Shown here: positions 30,901 through 40,861 of the stretch, one piece after another
Numbering within the stretch: position 1 is the stretch's first letter
Layout: each line of letters begins with the position of its first letter
DNA from: an uncultured Acidobacteriota bacterium
GTDB lineage: Bacteria > Acidobacteriota > Thermoanaerobaculia > Multivoradales > JAHEKO01
Direction of reading: 5' to 3'
Assembly (NCBI GenBank): GCA_963713825.1
Contig: CAVQNG010000025.1
Coordinates: forward strand, 736,001-800,000
DNA: 64,000 bases
The notes under the pieces: model-generated
Databases searched by the model: none
What the model was told of the DNA's origin: nothing
What the model saw: the letters and a program-made list of their open reading frames with translations, nothing else
Program-made: the position numbers and the translations under genes

Positions 30901-31915
30901 CGAAGTCGGTCTGGCGCTCCGCCAGTGAGCGCTGGGCCTCTGACAGCTGTGCCGAGACCTCTGCCACCTCCGATTCCCTTCGGCCGAGGGAATGCTCCAA
31001 GGACCTTTCGCGCTCGCCGCCAATCAAGGATCCGAAGGCGCTGCTGGCGCGATCGAATTCGACTCGCACACGGACGAGCTGTGCCATCGGTCGGCTGGCC
31101 TGTGGCGCTTCCTTCAATTGGCGGAGAGCCTCGAAGCTATCCATGACCCAGGGCGATACATCTGGGTTGAGGCCCATATCCGAGGCGGAGCTGGAGTGGT
31201 GCCGCAGCGAGGGGGACAGGAACTCCTCGATCTCCTCTGACGCCCCTTTCGGTTTCTCTGGCCAGACGATCCCTAGGCCTTGGGTCGCTCGATTGACGAC
31301 TGTGGACCAATCCTGCAGAAGAGCCTCGTAGTCCATGAAGGCTCGCGGCATCCCTCGCGTGGCTTTCTCCATGTCCAGTACATGGCGAAGCCAGAGGATG
31401 AGCGACTTGGAGGTGTCGAAGTCGTCGCGGCGGGCCAGCGACGCGGCGACCTCCAGCGGATTGCGGTTGAGCAGCAACGGCAGAGGCTCGGCTCCGAAGT
31501 TTTCGAGCAGGCTCATCCAGAAAGGCACGAACCGGCAGATGCGAGGATCCTTGATGACGAAGAGCGAGGAGTCGGAGAAGTCCTCCTCCAGCACCCCTAG
31601 AATCTCGTCAGAGAAGCTCTTGCCCGCAGCGGTCTCGAAGAATGCAGCCGGGAACTCCCGCGGATCATCCCAGGCGGAGCCGGCCGCGGCCAACATTCTG
31701 TCGTGAATATCGACCAGCTTGGCCGATTCCCAGAAGCCGGTGTCGTTGACCCCAGGGACCGGTTCCAGCAACTTGGCGGGTAGGTCGGCGCCGAGCAGGC
31801 TCAGGACCCGGGTGATCGCCGAGGTACCGCTACGGTGCATTCCGAGCACCAGGATGGCTTGGCGGGCAGGTTGTTTCTTCTCAGCTGGCAAGGCTTCCTC
31901 GCTCCAGTCGCCCAA
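27908..31915 (-). CDS. Multidomain sulfotransferase / coiled coil / GT4 / GT2 (rhamnosyltransferase-like) protein
   Basis: [13 protein letters not shown] and [10 protein letters not shown] (PAPS-type sulfotransferase); about 200 aa E/Q/R-rich heptads; [11 protein letters not shown] (GT4); VDSGSS, FDHGLTR, LNQDA, MED (GT2). Confidence 0.88.
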   Translation of the reverse strand: MGDWSEEALPAEKKQPARQAILVLGMHRSGTSAITRVLSLLGADLPAKLLEPVPGVNDTGFWESAKLVDIHDRMLAAAGSAWDDPREFPAAFFETAAGKSFSDEILGVLEEDFSDSSLFVIKDPRICRFVPFWMSLLENFGAEPLPLLLNRNPLEVAASLARRDDFDTSKSLILWLRHVLDMEKATRGMPRAFMDYEALLQDWSTVVNRATQGLGIVWPEKPKGASEEIEEFLSPSLRHHSSSASDMGLNPDVSPWVMDSFEALRQLKEAPQASRPMAQLVRVRVEFDRASSAFGSLIGGERERSLEHSLGRRESEVAEVSAQLSEAQRSLAERQTDFDKHNELLEQSHAADKATYEAEIERVGGLLDEFDDRVREQAETIGELQATNRDLVATNQTLAEQQEQLKKLAAEDHKNNRERIEALEQQTREYEKQTLELAERVERKEALRERSAQSAELLDHEKSRLERTLAAARDEHEKTLQDKYWLYEQWQSAKTDLDDLQGSKVGRSLLASWAGYLGLRTAAIRVAAGLRQSPKEAARSGLQGIRRATRWAFEAPLRVLRKALSITSKSFGWLLLLFSTSSEQVAARIRRGRGRPAGEALLDPGRGGLANRTSERRPRVLMVSPYSIYPPSHGGAVRLFNLIRRLAEHCDLHLIVFTREDDDVAQQQALEPFAKKVHLHHWEPDFSRDRLGLDAPSQRLFHSDELARRIAQILSEEKIDILQLEYTELGQYGLPEFSRVKVAVSEIDIAFRSLGRRRRKGFHERFAASRAFGHSFGDWMRQVRYELQVVRRADQVQMMSAEDAEYLAAYLPDGHRRLRVVPNAVDTDAYRPSPISERNQRLLFVGNFEHLPNLDAIEHFFAAIWPEILRARPGTEISVVGANAPDSLYRFGELEGVDVVGEVPELAPYYRHHRALVAPIRAGSGTRLKILEAFACGAPVISTRLGAEGIECRHEQHLLIADEPADFARAAISTLDNDDLVATLSLNCRRLVEESYTWEASAALQLAGYEELLRSAADHALSIGAREIGDAGSPNRPVVEPSTAKHGRQPVDISVVIPTYNGGERLHNCLAAISHQQTARSVELICVDSGSSAKDVATMEQFGAQVISIRKSEFDHGLTRDLGARSANGDVLVFLNQDAIPATEDWLSSLTEPLLAGPEYAAVQGAIQELPETADRFYWDSCGERFYFTRESERWIARFFGIGFSTVNAAIRRDAWEEIPFGQAPIMEDKLWQRRAVERGASIFYQEDAVVFHSHDYDLGALVRRCQSEGFGWSFLGENYSLLDMTKDMMQPGIYADLGRGLRQRRVRSAAELFFPLLRPLALYWGNHWSRGVKH

Positions 31916-31968
31916 TTACAGCAGATCTGAGACGAGGTTCAAGTCGAGGGCGGCCTGGTCGGCGTTTG

Positions 31969-32949
31969 TCATTCAAAGGGTAGCCACGGCTTGGGTGGCC
32001 CGGCTTCCGGTAGAGGCTGATATCGCGGCATCCTGAAGGGCACGTCGATGCAGGCCAGAAAGAAGGCGCGGAGCGTGGCGCGGGTGCAGCGTTGATAGAG
32101 GTGGTCGGCTTCCGATGTTCCGCCATCGGTGCCTCGTGTGTTGGCAAAGTAGACCCGCAGCCCCTTTCGCAACCCAGGGTGGCCCGCATGCTGGTAGTGA
32201 ATGATCGCTTCCGAACGACCCTGAGCCGCGAATCGATTCACCATCCATTCAGGCGTGATGCGGCTGGCATCGACCCAGTGGCGAATTCGAGCGGCCGGGG
32301 TATAGACAATCTGACCACCACCACGCTCGATGCGCAGACAGTGCTCGATCTCTTCGCATGAGTTCAGGGAGCGGCCTTTGCGACCCAGATGGGGGCTGAA
32401 CGGGCCGAAGCGCTCGAAAGCCTCGGCTCGATAGGCGATGTTGGCACCGCGTGGATACTCGTTGTAGGTCAGGGGCAGGATCTCCGGGCCCTTGTCCCAG
32501 ACGGTCAGGTAGGGAAGGAACCGATCGTCCAACCAATCCGGCAGCTCGCCCTGGAACAGGGGCTCGACCGGGCCGCCAGCGCAGAGGACTCGAGGATGGG
32601 CGAGAGCTTCTGCGATCCCCGAAACCCAGTCCTTGGCAGGAAAGGCGTCGTCGTCGAGAAAGGCGAGAATCCGACCGCGAGCGGCGCGAATTCCGGCGTT
32701 GCGGGTGGCCGAGAGCCCCACTTCCTTCTCGACCATGACCCGAACTCTCTCCGGGTTGGCCTTCTCGAGTCCTCTCGCCAGCTGCAGCGTGTCGTCCGTG
32801 GAGTTGTTGTCCACGATCAGGAGCTCCCAATCCACGTTGGGGGCCTCCATTTCGAGCATGGTCGCGCCTGCGTCTGCAAGCAATCGGGATCGGTTCCGTG
32901 TGCAGACGATAACGCTGACTTCCGGACCGGAGCTCATGGAGTGGATCAT
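31969..32949 (-). CDS. Family 2 glycosyltransferase
   Basis: SVIVCTRNR, VDNNSTD, FLDDD, GANIAY. Confidence 0.92.
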   Translation of the reverse strand: MIHSMSSGPEVSVIVCTRNRSRLLADAGATMLEMEAPNVDWELLIVDNNSTDDTLQLARGLEKANPERVRVMVEKEVGLSATRNAGIRAARGRILAFLDDDAFPAKDWVSGIAEALAHPRVLCAGGPVEPLFQGELPDWLDDRFLPYLTVWDKGPEILPLTYNEYPRGANIAYRAEAFERFGPFSPHLGRKGRSLNSCEEIEHCLRIERGGGQIVYTPAARIRHWVDASRITPEWMVNRFAAQGRSEAIIHYQHAGHPGLRKGLRVYFANTRGTDGGTSEADHLYQRCTRATLRAFFLACIDVPFRMPRYQPLPEAGPPKPWLPFE

Positions 32950-33052
32950 ATGCGAGGATGCGGCGGGTTCATTCTCGAAGTCTGCCGCTCCGGATGTCGC
33001 GACTTCACAGTCTCAGCAATGAGGTGCGGACCAGCTCGTACCGCGGGATAGG

Positions 33053-34231
33053 ATGACATGCATGGTCGACGTGCCCGAGGGTGGTGAGCCGCAGTCTGCC
33101 AAGAACGTGATTTCCCAGGTCCAGAAGAAGGTGCCACGACTCCTGGTCATCGATCACCGGATGGTCACGCCGGATCGGGATGCGGGTTCGCTCCGAATGT
33201 GGCGCGTTCTCGAGATTCTGAGGTCGCTGGGAAGCGAGGTGACCTACGCAACAGCCGACCTGAGTGTGTCGGGTCCATGGGCAACTCGGTTGCAGGAGAT
33301 GGGGGTGAAGGTGCTACGGCCCCCTTTCAGCCTGTCGCTCAGACGACACTTGCGCCGGGATGGCGCCCGCTACGATGGGACCTGGCTGTGTCGCGTTGCT
33401 GTTGCGCAGCGATATGTTCCCAGCATTCGGAAGTACTGCCCCGAAACGAAAATGATCTTCGATACCGTGGATCTTCATTTCCTGCGCGAGCAACGGGAAG
33501 CCGAGCTGTCCGGTGACGCCAGGGCCAAGAAGCAGGCCGCCGAGACGCGTCGGGCCGAGTTGTCTGTTATCCGGCAGGTCGATGCGACGATCCTGGTAAG
33601 TCCCGACGAAGCCCACATCGTTCATGAAGAGTGTCCGGAAGCCAACTTGCGAATCCTGTCGATGATCCATGAGCCGCTCTCGGAAGTGGCGGATTTCGAA
33701 GCCCGTCGGGGGCTCCTGTTCGTGGGTGGATTCGAGCACCGTCCCAACCAGGATGGTGTGGAGTGGTTTGTTTCGAGAGTTCTGCCGAAGATCCGTCAGT
33801 CGCTACCCGAGGAGCCTTTCTGGATCGTCGGCAGTGGAGCAACCCGGCATATGCAGCGCATCGCCGCTCCAGGAGTGACCGTCGTAGGGTGGGTGCTCGA
33901 CCTGGCATCGATCTACGCTCGTGCCCGGGTTTGCGTCGCGCCGCTACGCTACGGAGCGGGTGTGAAAGGGAAGATAACCCAGGCTCTAGCCCATGGGCTG
34001 CCCTGTGTCGCCACACCCGTCGCCTGTGAGGGGATGCCCCTGAATCACGAAGAGAGCGTCCTGATGGCTGACGATGAGACCTCGTTCGCGGCGGAGGTAG
34101 TGCGACTGCATCAGGATCGCGACATGTGGCAATCGCTGTCGTCAGCCGGCCTTCAGATCGTCGCAGAGCACTATTCGAGAGAGCGGGCCAGAGACGAAGT
34201 CGCCGATCTCCTGGGCCGGTTCATCCGGTAA
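33053..34231 (+). CDS. Family 4 glycosyltransferase
   Basis: PDRDAGSLR, DTVDLHFLRE, FEHRPNQDG, PLRYGAGVKGK. Confidence 0.92.
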   Translation: MTCMVDVPEGGEPQSAKNVISQVQKKVPRLLVIDHRMVTPDRDAGSLRMWRVLEILRSLGSEVTYATADLSVSGPWATRLQEMGVKVLRPPFSLSLRRHLRRDGARYDGTWLCRVAVAQRYVPSIRKYCPETKMIFDTVDLHFLREQREAELSGDARAKKQAAETRRAELSVIRQVDATILVSPDEAHIVHEECPEANLRILSMIHEPLSEVADFEARRGLLFVGGFEHRPNQDGVEWFVSRVLPKIRQSLPEEPFWIVGSGATRHMQRIAAPGVTVVGWVLDLASIYARARVCVAPLRYGAGVKGKITQALAHGLPCVATPVACEGMPLNHEESVLMADDETSFAAEVVRLHQDRDMWQSLSSAGLQIVAEHYSRERARDEVADLLGRFIR

Positions 34232-34281
34232 TCTAGTAGACTGCGCGCCGCCGTTCTGCGAGTCCTGTCCGGGTCGAGACC

Positions 34282-35700
34282 ATGGTATCTGTGCTGCCAA
34301 TCCAAGCTTCCCAAGAGATCTCCAACCGGTCGCTCATCCCAGGTTGGTGTCTGGCGATATTGCTGCTGCTCGCCTTGGCAGGCTGCGCGACCGAGCCAGC
34401 CAGTGAGCAGAACGACGTGCCGATGCAGGTCCAAGCTGAGCCTCATCCGGTCATCATCTTCGACATCGATACACTGCGTGCCGATCGCCTGGGTTGCTAC
34501 GGCAACTCCAGGCCGACAAGTCCGGTCATCGACTCGCTCGCCGAAGAGGGCGTGCTCTTCGAGTGGGCTTTCAGCCAGGCCCCGACGACGCCGCCGTCCC
34601 AGGCTTCGATTCTGACGTCGCTCTACCCTTCGGTGCATGGCGTCAAGGGCAGAAAGGACCGTCTCGCAAAGGAGATTACAACCCTGGGCGAAGTCTTCTC
34701 AGACTTCGGCTTTGCCACGGGTGCGTTCGTGGATGGCGGCTACATGAATCGAGGCTTCGGGCTTCTACAGGGCTTCAAGACCAAGGTCGATCGTCGCGGC
34801 GGGCTCGAAGTCATCGGTCCGCAGGCCCTCGAGTGGATGCGTGAGCATGCCGATGAGAACTTCCTGCTCCTGGTCCACACCTACGATGTCCATACTCCGT
34901 ACGATCCTCCCGAACCCTGGCGCTCTCAGTTCCTCGAGGGAGTGGCTCCGCCGACGCCCGGCTTCGAGCCCACCGCCCTGGCAATGGAGACCATCCGACA
35001 GAGCGGCGACACCGATCAACCCCTGACCTTGCCCGACAACGATGTGGCCTATGCACTGGCGCTCTACGATGCAGGCATCCGTTACGTGGATGACTGGATC
35101 GGCCGATTCGTCACCGAGCTGGAGGCTCTCGGGATCTTCGATCGAGCCACCCTGGTTGTGATCTCGGATCACGGCGAGGAGTTCCAGGAGCACGGCTCGG
35201 TACTGCACGAGAAGCTCTACTCGACGGTAACCCGGGTGCCTCTGATCATTCGATCGCCGATGGCCCTGGGTGGTTCTCAGGTCTCCGATGTGGTGGAGAC
35301 CATCGACCTCATGCCGACGCTTCTGGAGCTGGTCGGGGCTACAGCCCCGGAGCAGGCACAGGGGCGCAGCGCGGCGCCTCTGCTGAGAGGAGAGGAGCTG
35401 GAGCCCAAGTCGGCGTTCAGTGAGTCGAGGTTCTTCGGTCGGCAGCGCGCTGTGACGAGCTCCGCAGAGCGCCTGATCTTCAGTCAGGATTCAGGCCGCA
35501 TCGAGCTCTATGAGTACAAGCGGGACATCCAGGAGCAGGAGGATCTCGCCAGCCGCGATCCCAACACCGTGTCCCAGCTCAAGCGCGAGCTCACGGACTG
35601 GTTCGATTTGATGCGGAGCACCGAGGTGGCGACATCCGGCTACGGCGAGCTCGACCCCGAGGTCGAAGAGCAGCTGCGGGCTCTCGGCTACCTCGATTAG
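34282..35700 (+). CDS. Sulfatase-like hydrolase/transferase, lipoprotein
   Basis: Lipobox LAGC; DTLRAD, TTPPSQAS, SDHGEEF, C-terminal LRALGYLD. Confidence 0.9.
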   Translation: MVSVLPIQASQEISNRSLIPGWCLAILLLLALAGCATEPASEQNDVPMQVQAEPHPVIIFDIDTLRADRLGCYGNSRPTSPVIDSLAEEGVLFEWAFSQAPTTPPSQASILTSLYPSVHGVKGRKDRLAKEITTLGEVFSDFGFATGAFVDGGYMNRGFGLLQGFKTKVDRRGGLEVIGPQALEWMREHADENFLLLVHTYDVHTPYDPPEPWRSQFLEGVAPPTPGFEPTALAMETIRQSGDTDQPLTLPDNDVAYALALYDAGIRYVDDWIGRFVTELEALGIFDRATLVVISDHGEEFQEHGSVLHEKLYSTVTRVPLIIRSPMALGGSQVSDVVETIDLMPTLLELVGATAPEQAQGRSAAPLLRGEELEPKSAFSESRFFGRQRAVTSSAERLIFSQDSGRIELYEYKRDIQEQEDLASRDPNTVSQLKRELTDWFDLMRSTEVATSGYGELDPEVEEQLRALGYLD

Positions 35701-35728
35701 GCCCGACGGCAGGGCCCGTGGCCCGAGA

Positions 35729-37174
35729 TCATTGGATATAGCCGAGAGCCTTCAAGCGCTCTCGTTCTGCATCGGTCAGCACGCTGTCACCCGACGCTGT
35801 CACTCCTGGCTCTTCCCTGTGGAGCTCCTGGGCCATTGTTCGGTTGGCCTTCACCAGTTCTTTGAGCTCCTTGCGGAGGCGAGCCGTCAGCTCCGGGTGG
35901 GATTCTGCGAGGTTGGTTGTCTCGCCCGGATCCTGCCGGAGATCGTAGACCTCCTCGGTGCCAGCTTTCAGGTCGTGAATGATCTTGTGGTCGTCGGTCC
36001 GCATGGCGAAGCGCATTCGGTTCAGCTTGTTCTGGCTCAGGGCGGCTCGCTCGGTGAAGGGGTCGCCCTGGATCAGGGGTACGAGACTCCTGCCCTGGAG
36101 CGGATGCGAGGCTTGCAGACCAATCAGATCGAGGACGGTTGGTAGCAGGTCCACGATCTCGATCTGGGTGTCTATTCTGGTCCCTGCCAGGTGCTGTCGA
36201 GGCAGCTTCAGAAGCAGGTCGACCCGCACCGACTCGTCGTAGATCTGACTGTGCAGGAACTTGCCGTGCTCCTGGAACTCCTCGCCGTGATCCGAGGTGA
36301 GCACGATGAGGGACCTGTCATAGAGACTCTGTTCCTCGAGGAGGCTGAAGAGCTTCCCCAGGTCGCGATCCAGGTAGCGGACGCCGGATTCGTACAGCCT
36401 GCGAAGGCTCGCGACGTGCGCGTCGGGAACGACGCGTCCTTCACGGTCGGCTTCGAGCAGGAATTGCGTCGCGCAGCGCCCCTGGTCGTCACAGAAGGCG
36501 TCCTTCTCGACCGTTCCCAGATCGTCACGGAACCTGGCGGGGGAGTAGTAGGGCAATCGATTGCGCCCCTGCTGAAAGAAGTCCGAGTGGGCATCCATGT
36601 AGTGCAGGAAGAGAAACAGGGGCCGTGGGTCTTCGGCTGCCGCGGCCAGCGCTTCCGCGGCGCTGGCGTTGACCCTGTCTGAATAGGTCAGCCGGTGCGG
36701 CAGTCGCTGGTAGTCCTCGAAGCCTCGCCCGAATCCGAATTCGGCCTTCAGCCAGTCATTGGTCACCCTGCCAGTGGTCCGGTAGCCGGCCTCCTGCAGG
36801 ATTTCGGACAAAGTCTGGATGCTGCCGGAGAGGCTTTCCTTCGGTGTCGTGACGCGATGAACCTGGGGATACAGGCCAGTGAACATCGACATGTGCGAGG
36901 CCAGGGTGAAGGGCATGGGGACCACGACCTTGGTCAAGAGCACCGAATCGACTGCGAACTGATCGAGGCTGGGCGTCAGGGAGGGTTCCTCGCCCCGCGT
37001 TGCGCCCAGCGCATCCCAACGCAGGGTGTCCAACGAGATGAAGATGATCGGTGGCAGCTCTCGAGTGGTCTGCCGCGACCCGCAACCGGGTAGCGCGATA
37101 GCAGCCAAGGTCAGCGTCAGGGCGGCGGCTCGCAGGAGGCGTTGTCTGCACAGTGAGGCGAAGGGGCGGGACAT
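35729..37174 (-). CDS. Sulfatase-like hydrolase/transferase, probable lipoprotein
   Basis: LPGC; DTLRWD, FTLASHMS, SDHGEEF, LKALGYIQ. Confidence 0.9.
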   Translation of the reverse strand: MSRPFASLCRQRLLRAAALTLTLAAIALPGCGSRQTTRELPPIIFISLDTLRWDALGATRGEEPSLTPSLDQFAVDSVLLTKVVVPMPFTLASHMSMFTGLYPQVHRVTTPKESLSGSIQTLSEILQEAGYRTTGRVTNDWLKAEFGFGRGFEDYQRLPHRLTYSDRVNASAAEALAAAAEDPRPLFLFLHYMDAHSDFFQQGRNRLPYYSPARFRDDLGTVEKDAFCDDQGRCATQFLLEADREGRVVPDAHVASLRRLYESGVRYLDRDLGKLFSLLEEQSLYDRSLIVLTSDHGEEFQEHGKFLHSQIYDESVRVDLLLKLPRQHLAGTRIDTQIEIVDLLPTVLDLIGLQASHPLQGRSLVPLIQGDPFTERAALSQNKLNRMRFAMRTDDHKIIHDLKAGTEEVYDLRQDPGETTNLAESHPELTARLRKELKELVKANRTMAQELHREEPGVTASGDSVLTDAERERLKALGYIQ

Positions 37175-37185
37175 GGGTCGAGTCT

Positions 37186-38601
37186 CTAGTCGATGTAGCC
37201 CAGAGATCGGAGTTGTTCCAGAGTGTCGTCGTCGAACTCCATGGTTTCATCGGAGACGGAGGTGTCGATACCTGCTAGCTCTCGTTCCATCAGGTCGGTC
37301 AACTCGGCAACCAACTCGGGCCGCTCCGCCGAAAGATCGACCTTCTCGTCGGGGTCGGCGCGGAGGTCGAAGAGTTGGACGAACCCGTCGTAGCGTCGAA
37401 TCAGCTTGAACCTTCCGAAGGTGATGGCGCGCGAATCGGGTCCGTAGGCCGGCGATTCGGCGAGCGATGGCTGCGGCTCGCAGCTCGGCGCTTCTTGGCT
37501 GCTGGTCAGAAAGGCGGTCAGGCTGTTGCCTCTCAACCCCTCAGGAATCGGCAGACTCAGCGCCTCCAACGAGGTCGGAACGACATCTACCAGTCGGGCC
37601 GGGCACTCGACGCGTCGGCCCTCGTCGATACCGGGCCCTCGGAAAATCAGGGGAACGTGCAAGAGCTCCTGGTACATCGAGTGGCCATGACCGATGCCCC
37701 AGAATCCTCGCGGATCCTGTGCGAGCTCCCTCTCTTGCTTGGCATGGTCCCAGAACTCCTCACCGTGATCCGAGGTCACGATGATCAGAGTTTCTTCCAA
37801 CTGTCCGGCCTGTTGTAGGGCATCGAGCAGGCGTCCGATCTCCGTGTCCACGTAGCGCAGAGCGCCATCGTAGAGGGCCAGCTTGTGGTCCCGAAAGAGC
37901 GTGAAGTTCGGGCCCTTGAAATTGTCGTGTGAGCCGAAACGCCAGTCTGTGTATTTCTTGTCGCGGGGTCCCGGAAGCTCCTTGCCGAACATGGTGAAGA
38001 AGGGCTCGGGCGGCACGAGCGGCTGGTGCAGATCCATGTACTGAACGTAGAGGAAGAACGGCTCGCCTTCCACAGCGGTGAGGAAGTCCAGCGCACTGTC
38101 GGTCAGCGTGGTTGCATCCGTCCTTTCGACTTGCGCCACATCGAAACCACGCTTGAAGCGGCCAAAGAGGTAGGGGTTGGCCGACACCAGCGCCGTGCGG
38201 AAGTCGGCATCCGAGAGGATTTGTCCCAGGGTCCGAGTCTCCTTGCGCAGTTGCCGGACCTCGGAATCACTGAGGTTGCGAACCTCTCCGGTGATTCCGG
38301 CCCCGTGCTCGCTCGGGTAGAGCGATGTGAGCAGGCTGGCGGTCGCCGGAACCGTCCAGTTCGATTGCGAGAGTGCCAGGTCGAAAACAACACCCTCTGA
38401 AGCCAACTGGTCGATCCGGGGGGTTGTCGGACGATCGTTGCCATAGAGGCTCATCCGATCGGTGCGCAGCGTATCGAGGCACAAGATGACCAGGTTGCGA
38501 GCCGACGGGGTGGTACCCGGATCGGGGTCATTTGGCGTGCCGCACGAGATCTGGATGAGGCCGAGCCAGGCCAAGAAGACGGCGGTGCAGGAGGTTCTCA
38601 T
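37186..38601 (-). CDS. Sulfatase-like hydrolase/transferase, probable lipoprotein
   Basis: Start taken at ATG 38601; ISC; DTLRTD, WTVPATAS, SDHGEEF, LRSLGYID. Confidence 0.88.
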   Translation of the reverse strand: MRTSCTAVFLAWLGLIQISCGTPNDPDPGTTPSARNLVILCLDTLRTDRMSLYGNDRPTTPRIDQLASEGVVFDLALSQSNWTVPATASLLTSLYPSEHGAGITGEVRNLSDSEVRQLRKETRTLGQILSDADFRTALVSANPYLFGRFKRGFDVAQVERTDATTLTDSALDFLTAVEGEPFFLYVQYMDLHQPLVPPEPFFTMFGKELPGPRDKKYTDWRFGSHDNFKGPNFTLFRDHKLALYDGALRYVDTEIGRLLDALQQAGQLEETLIIVTSDHGEEFWDHAKQERELAQDPRGFWGIGHGHSMYQELLHVPLIFRGPGIDEGRRVECPARLVDVVPTSLEALSLPIPEGLRGNSLTAFLTSSQEAPSCEPQPSLAESPAYGPDSRAITFGRFKLIRRYDGFVQLFDLRADPDEKVDLSAERPELVAELTDLMERELAGIDTSVSDETMEFDDDTLEQLRSLGYID

Positions 38602-38791
38602 CTGTGATTTGGAGAGCATGCTTGACTGGTGGGGACCGAGCCCACCCATGTTCGAGCAGGTCGATCTTCGGTCCGCTCCGAGACTATCGCAAACGTGGAA
38701 CCTACCGGTATTAAGATGCGGCAGGGTCGGCCTTACGGGCCGGATGTGGGTTTGACGCTCCAGGGTGAAGCTGGTAGGAAATGGACTACTC

Positions 38792-40606
38792 ATGAAATGC
38801 CGAGGGTACAGACTTGGTGTTGTGGCTCTGGTGATTCTGGCTGGCCTATCTGTTGCCAGCTGCTCGGGCCCTGATCGTCCGCAGTCGGTGGTGGTAATCA
38901 CCATGGACACGACACGTGCCGATCACCTGGGTCCGTACGGCTACGACGACGCTCAGACTCCCACCATCGAGCGTCTCGCTGCCGATGGAACGCTCTACGA
39001 ACGGGCCTATTCGGTCACCGCGGAGACACTTCCCTCCCACTCCAGCATCTTCTCCGGCCTCTATCCTCCCAGTCATGCGGTGCGTTTGAATCTCTCCTTC
39101 AAGCTGGCCGACGAGGTCACGACGCTGGCTGAGGTCCTGCGGAGAGAGGGGTTTTTCACGGCGGCAGTCACCGCCGCCTCCGTCCTGGAACGTCGCTTCG
39201 GGCTCAATCAGGGCTTCGAGGTTTACGAAGGGCCGGAGATCGACGAGCAGAAGCCGGGCCGGCTCACCGAGTTCAGTGCCGAGGTCGTGACCACGAAAGC
39301 CCTCAGCGCTATCTACGAGCATGGCGAGGGTCCGTTCTTCCTCTGGGCCCACTACTACGATCCGCACAGCCCCTTCGAGCCCAGATATCCCTTCCAGGCC
39401 CCGGATGGCACGCCACCAGAGAGCGTTGAGCTCTACGATCTCGAGATCGCCTATACCGATTATTGGATCGACCGCTTGCTCGAGGGTCTCGAGACTCACG
39501 TCGGACTGGAGGACACGCTTATCGTCTTCACTGCCGACCACGGCGAAAGCCTCGGCGATCATGGCGAGTCGTATCACACGCTCTTCATCTACGATTCCAC
39601 GGCCCACGTGCCCATGATCTTGGTCGGTCCTGGTGTTCCCAGGGGCCAGCGAGTTGCCGAAGTGGTTTCCTCCGTGGACCTCTTCTCGACCGTGCTGGCT
39701 CTCCTGGGGCTCGAGGCACCTCCGAGCAATTCGCGGATCCTTCCCGGTCTACCCGTCAGCCCCGAGACTGCAACGGTCGATCGGGTGGCCTATAGCGACT
39801 CCATGACGCCACCACTACGGTACGGCTGGCATTCCCTGGAGGCGGTCCGCACCGATGAATGGTTCTATATCCGCGCTCCAGACGAGGAGCTCTATCACTT
39901 CGACGGCAGGGACCCCGGCCAAGTGGCCAACCTCTTCCAGGTCGAGGAAGAGGCAGCATCGGAGATGCGGCAGGTCCTGGCCGGGACCAAAGGAGCGATG
40001 CCTTCCGTGGCCGACGACCAGGTGGCCGAGCGCATGACCAGCGAGGCCGAACGGCAGGCGCTCGAGGCCCTGGGCTACATTGACAGCGGGTCGGACTCCG
40101 CAACGGATGCGGAATCCAACGTTCTGGATCCGAAGGACATGGTAGAGGTGGAGGAGGCCATCCAGCTGGCCAGGCTCGCCAGCCGCATGGGCCGCCTCGA
40201 GACTTCCGAAGATCTCTTGAGCTGGGCGACCACGGCCGACCCGGAGAACTTCACAGTCTGGATGCAGCTCGGCAAGACCCGTCTCGCCGCGGGCAATCTG
40301 GAGGCCGCTCTCGAAGCGCTGTATCGCTCCCTGGAGATCAAACCCGAGTCCTGGGAGGTCCAGGTCCAGGTGGCGGCAGCGGAAGAGAAGCAGGGCAACC
40401 TGAAGGCCGCCGAATCGATGCTCGACAAGGCACTGGCAACCAGCCCGTTCCCGGTCGAGGTCTGGCGATCTCTCGTCAAGATGCGCCTTCAGTCGGGTGA
40501 CCGAGATGGTGCTACCGACGCACTCCGCGAGATCTTGGAGTTGGAACCCGACAACGAGCGGGCCCGCAAGACCCTGGAAGCCATGCCTGCGGGCGAGGCC
40601 CAGTAA
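38792..40606 (+). CDS. Sulfatase-like hydrolase/transferase with C-terminal TPR repeats, lipoprotein
   Basis: VASC; DTTRAD, ETLPSHSS, ADHGE, LEALGYID, then TPR-like helices (ALYRSLEIKP, ILELEPDN). Confidence 0.9.
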   Translation: MKCRGYRLGVVALVILAGLSVASCSGPDRPQSVVVITMDTTRADHLGPYGYDDAQTPTIERLAADGTLYERAYSVTAETLPSHSSIFSGLYPPSHAVRLNLSFKLADEVTTLAEVLRREGFFTAAVTAASVLERRFGLNQGFEVYEGPEIDEQKPGRLTEFSAEVVTTKALSAIYEHGEGPFFLWAHYYDPHSPFEPRYPFQAPDGTPPESVELYDLEIAYTDYWIDRLLEGLETHVGLEDTLIVFTADHGESLGDHGESYHTLFIYDSTAHVPMILVGPGVPRGQRVAEVVSSVDLFSTVLALLGLEAPPSNSRILPGLPVSPETATVDRVAYSDSMTPPLRYGWHSLEAVRTDEWFYIRAPDEELYHFDGRDPGQVANLFQVEEEAASEMRQVLAGTKGAMPSVADDQVAERMTSEAERQALEALGYIDSGSDSATDAESNVLDPKDMVEVEEAIQLARLASRMGRLETSEDLLSWATTADPENFTVWMQLGKTRLAAGNLEAALEALYRSLEIKPESWEVQVQVAAAEEKQGNLKAAESMLDKALATSPFPVEVWRSLVKMRLQSGDRDGATDALREILELEPDNERARKTLEAMPAGEAQ

Positions 40607-40712
40607 CCTTCCAAAGCCACTCTCGGGCAGTGTTCCGCTGCTTGGAGTCCTCACAACTTGTTGGACCCCTGGCGTCTATGTAGCACGGAGCACAGACATA
40701 TTCCTTCTCGTC

Positions 40713-40861
40713 TATACTTCAGCTGAAAGAAAAGAAAGTTCCTAAGGAGAGCACCTCGCGATGATCTCGAGGCTGAATCCTGTGCAGCATGCCCTGGTGG
40801 CAACCCAAGTGGGCTCTGCCGAGGGGAGTGCTGTGCAAAACCTGACAGAAAGGAGTAGGGA
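40713..40861 (+). promoter_or_regulatory. Conserved promoter/leader copy 1 of the S74 fibre genes
   Basis: TATACT 40713, CCTCG-N9-CGAGG 40754, TGGCA box, AAACCTGACAGAAAGGAG RBS block. Confidence 0.6.
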
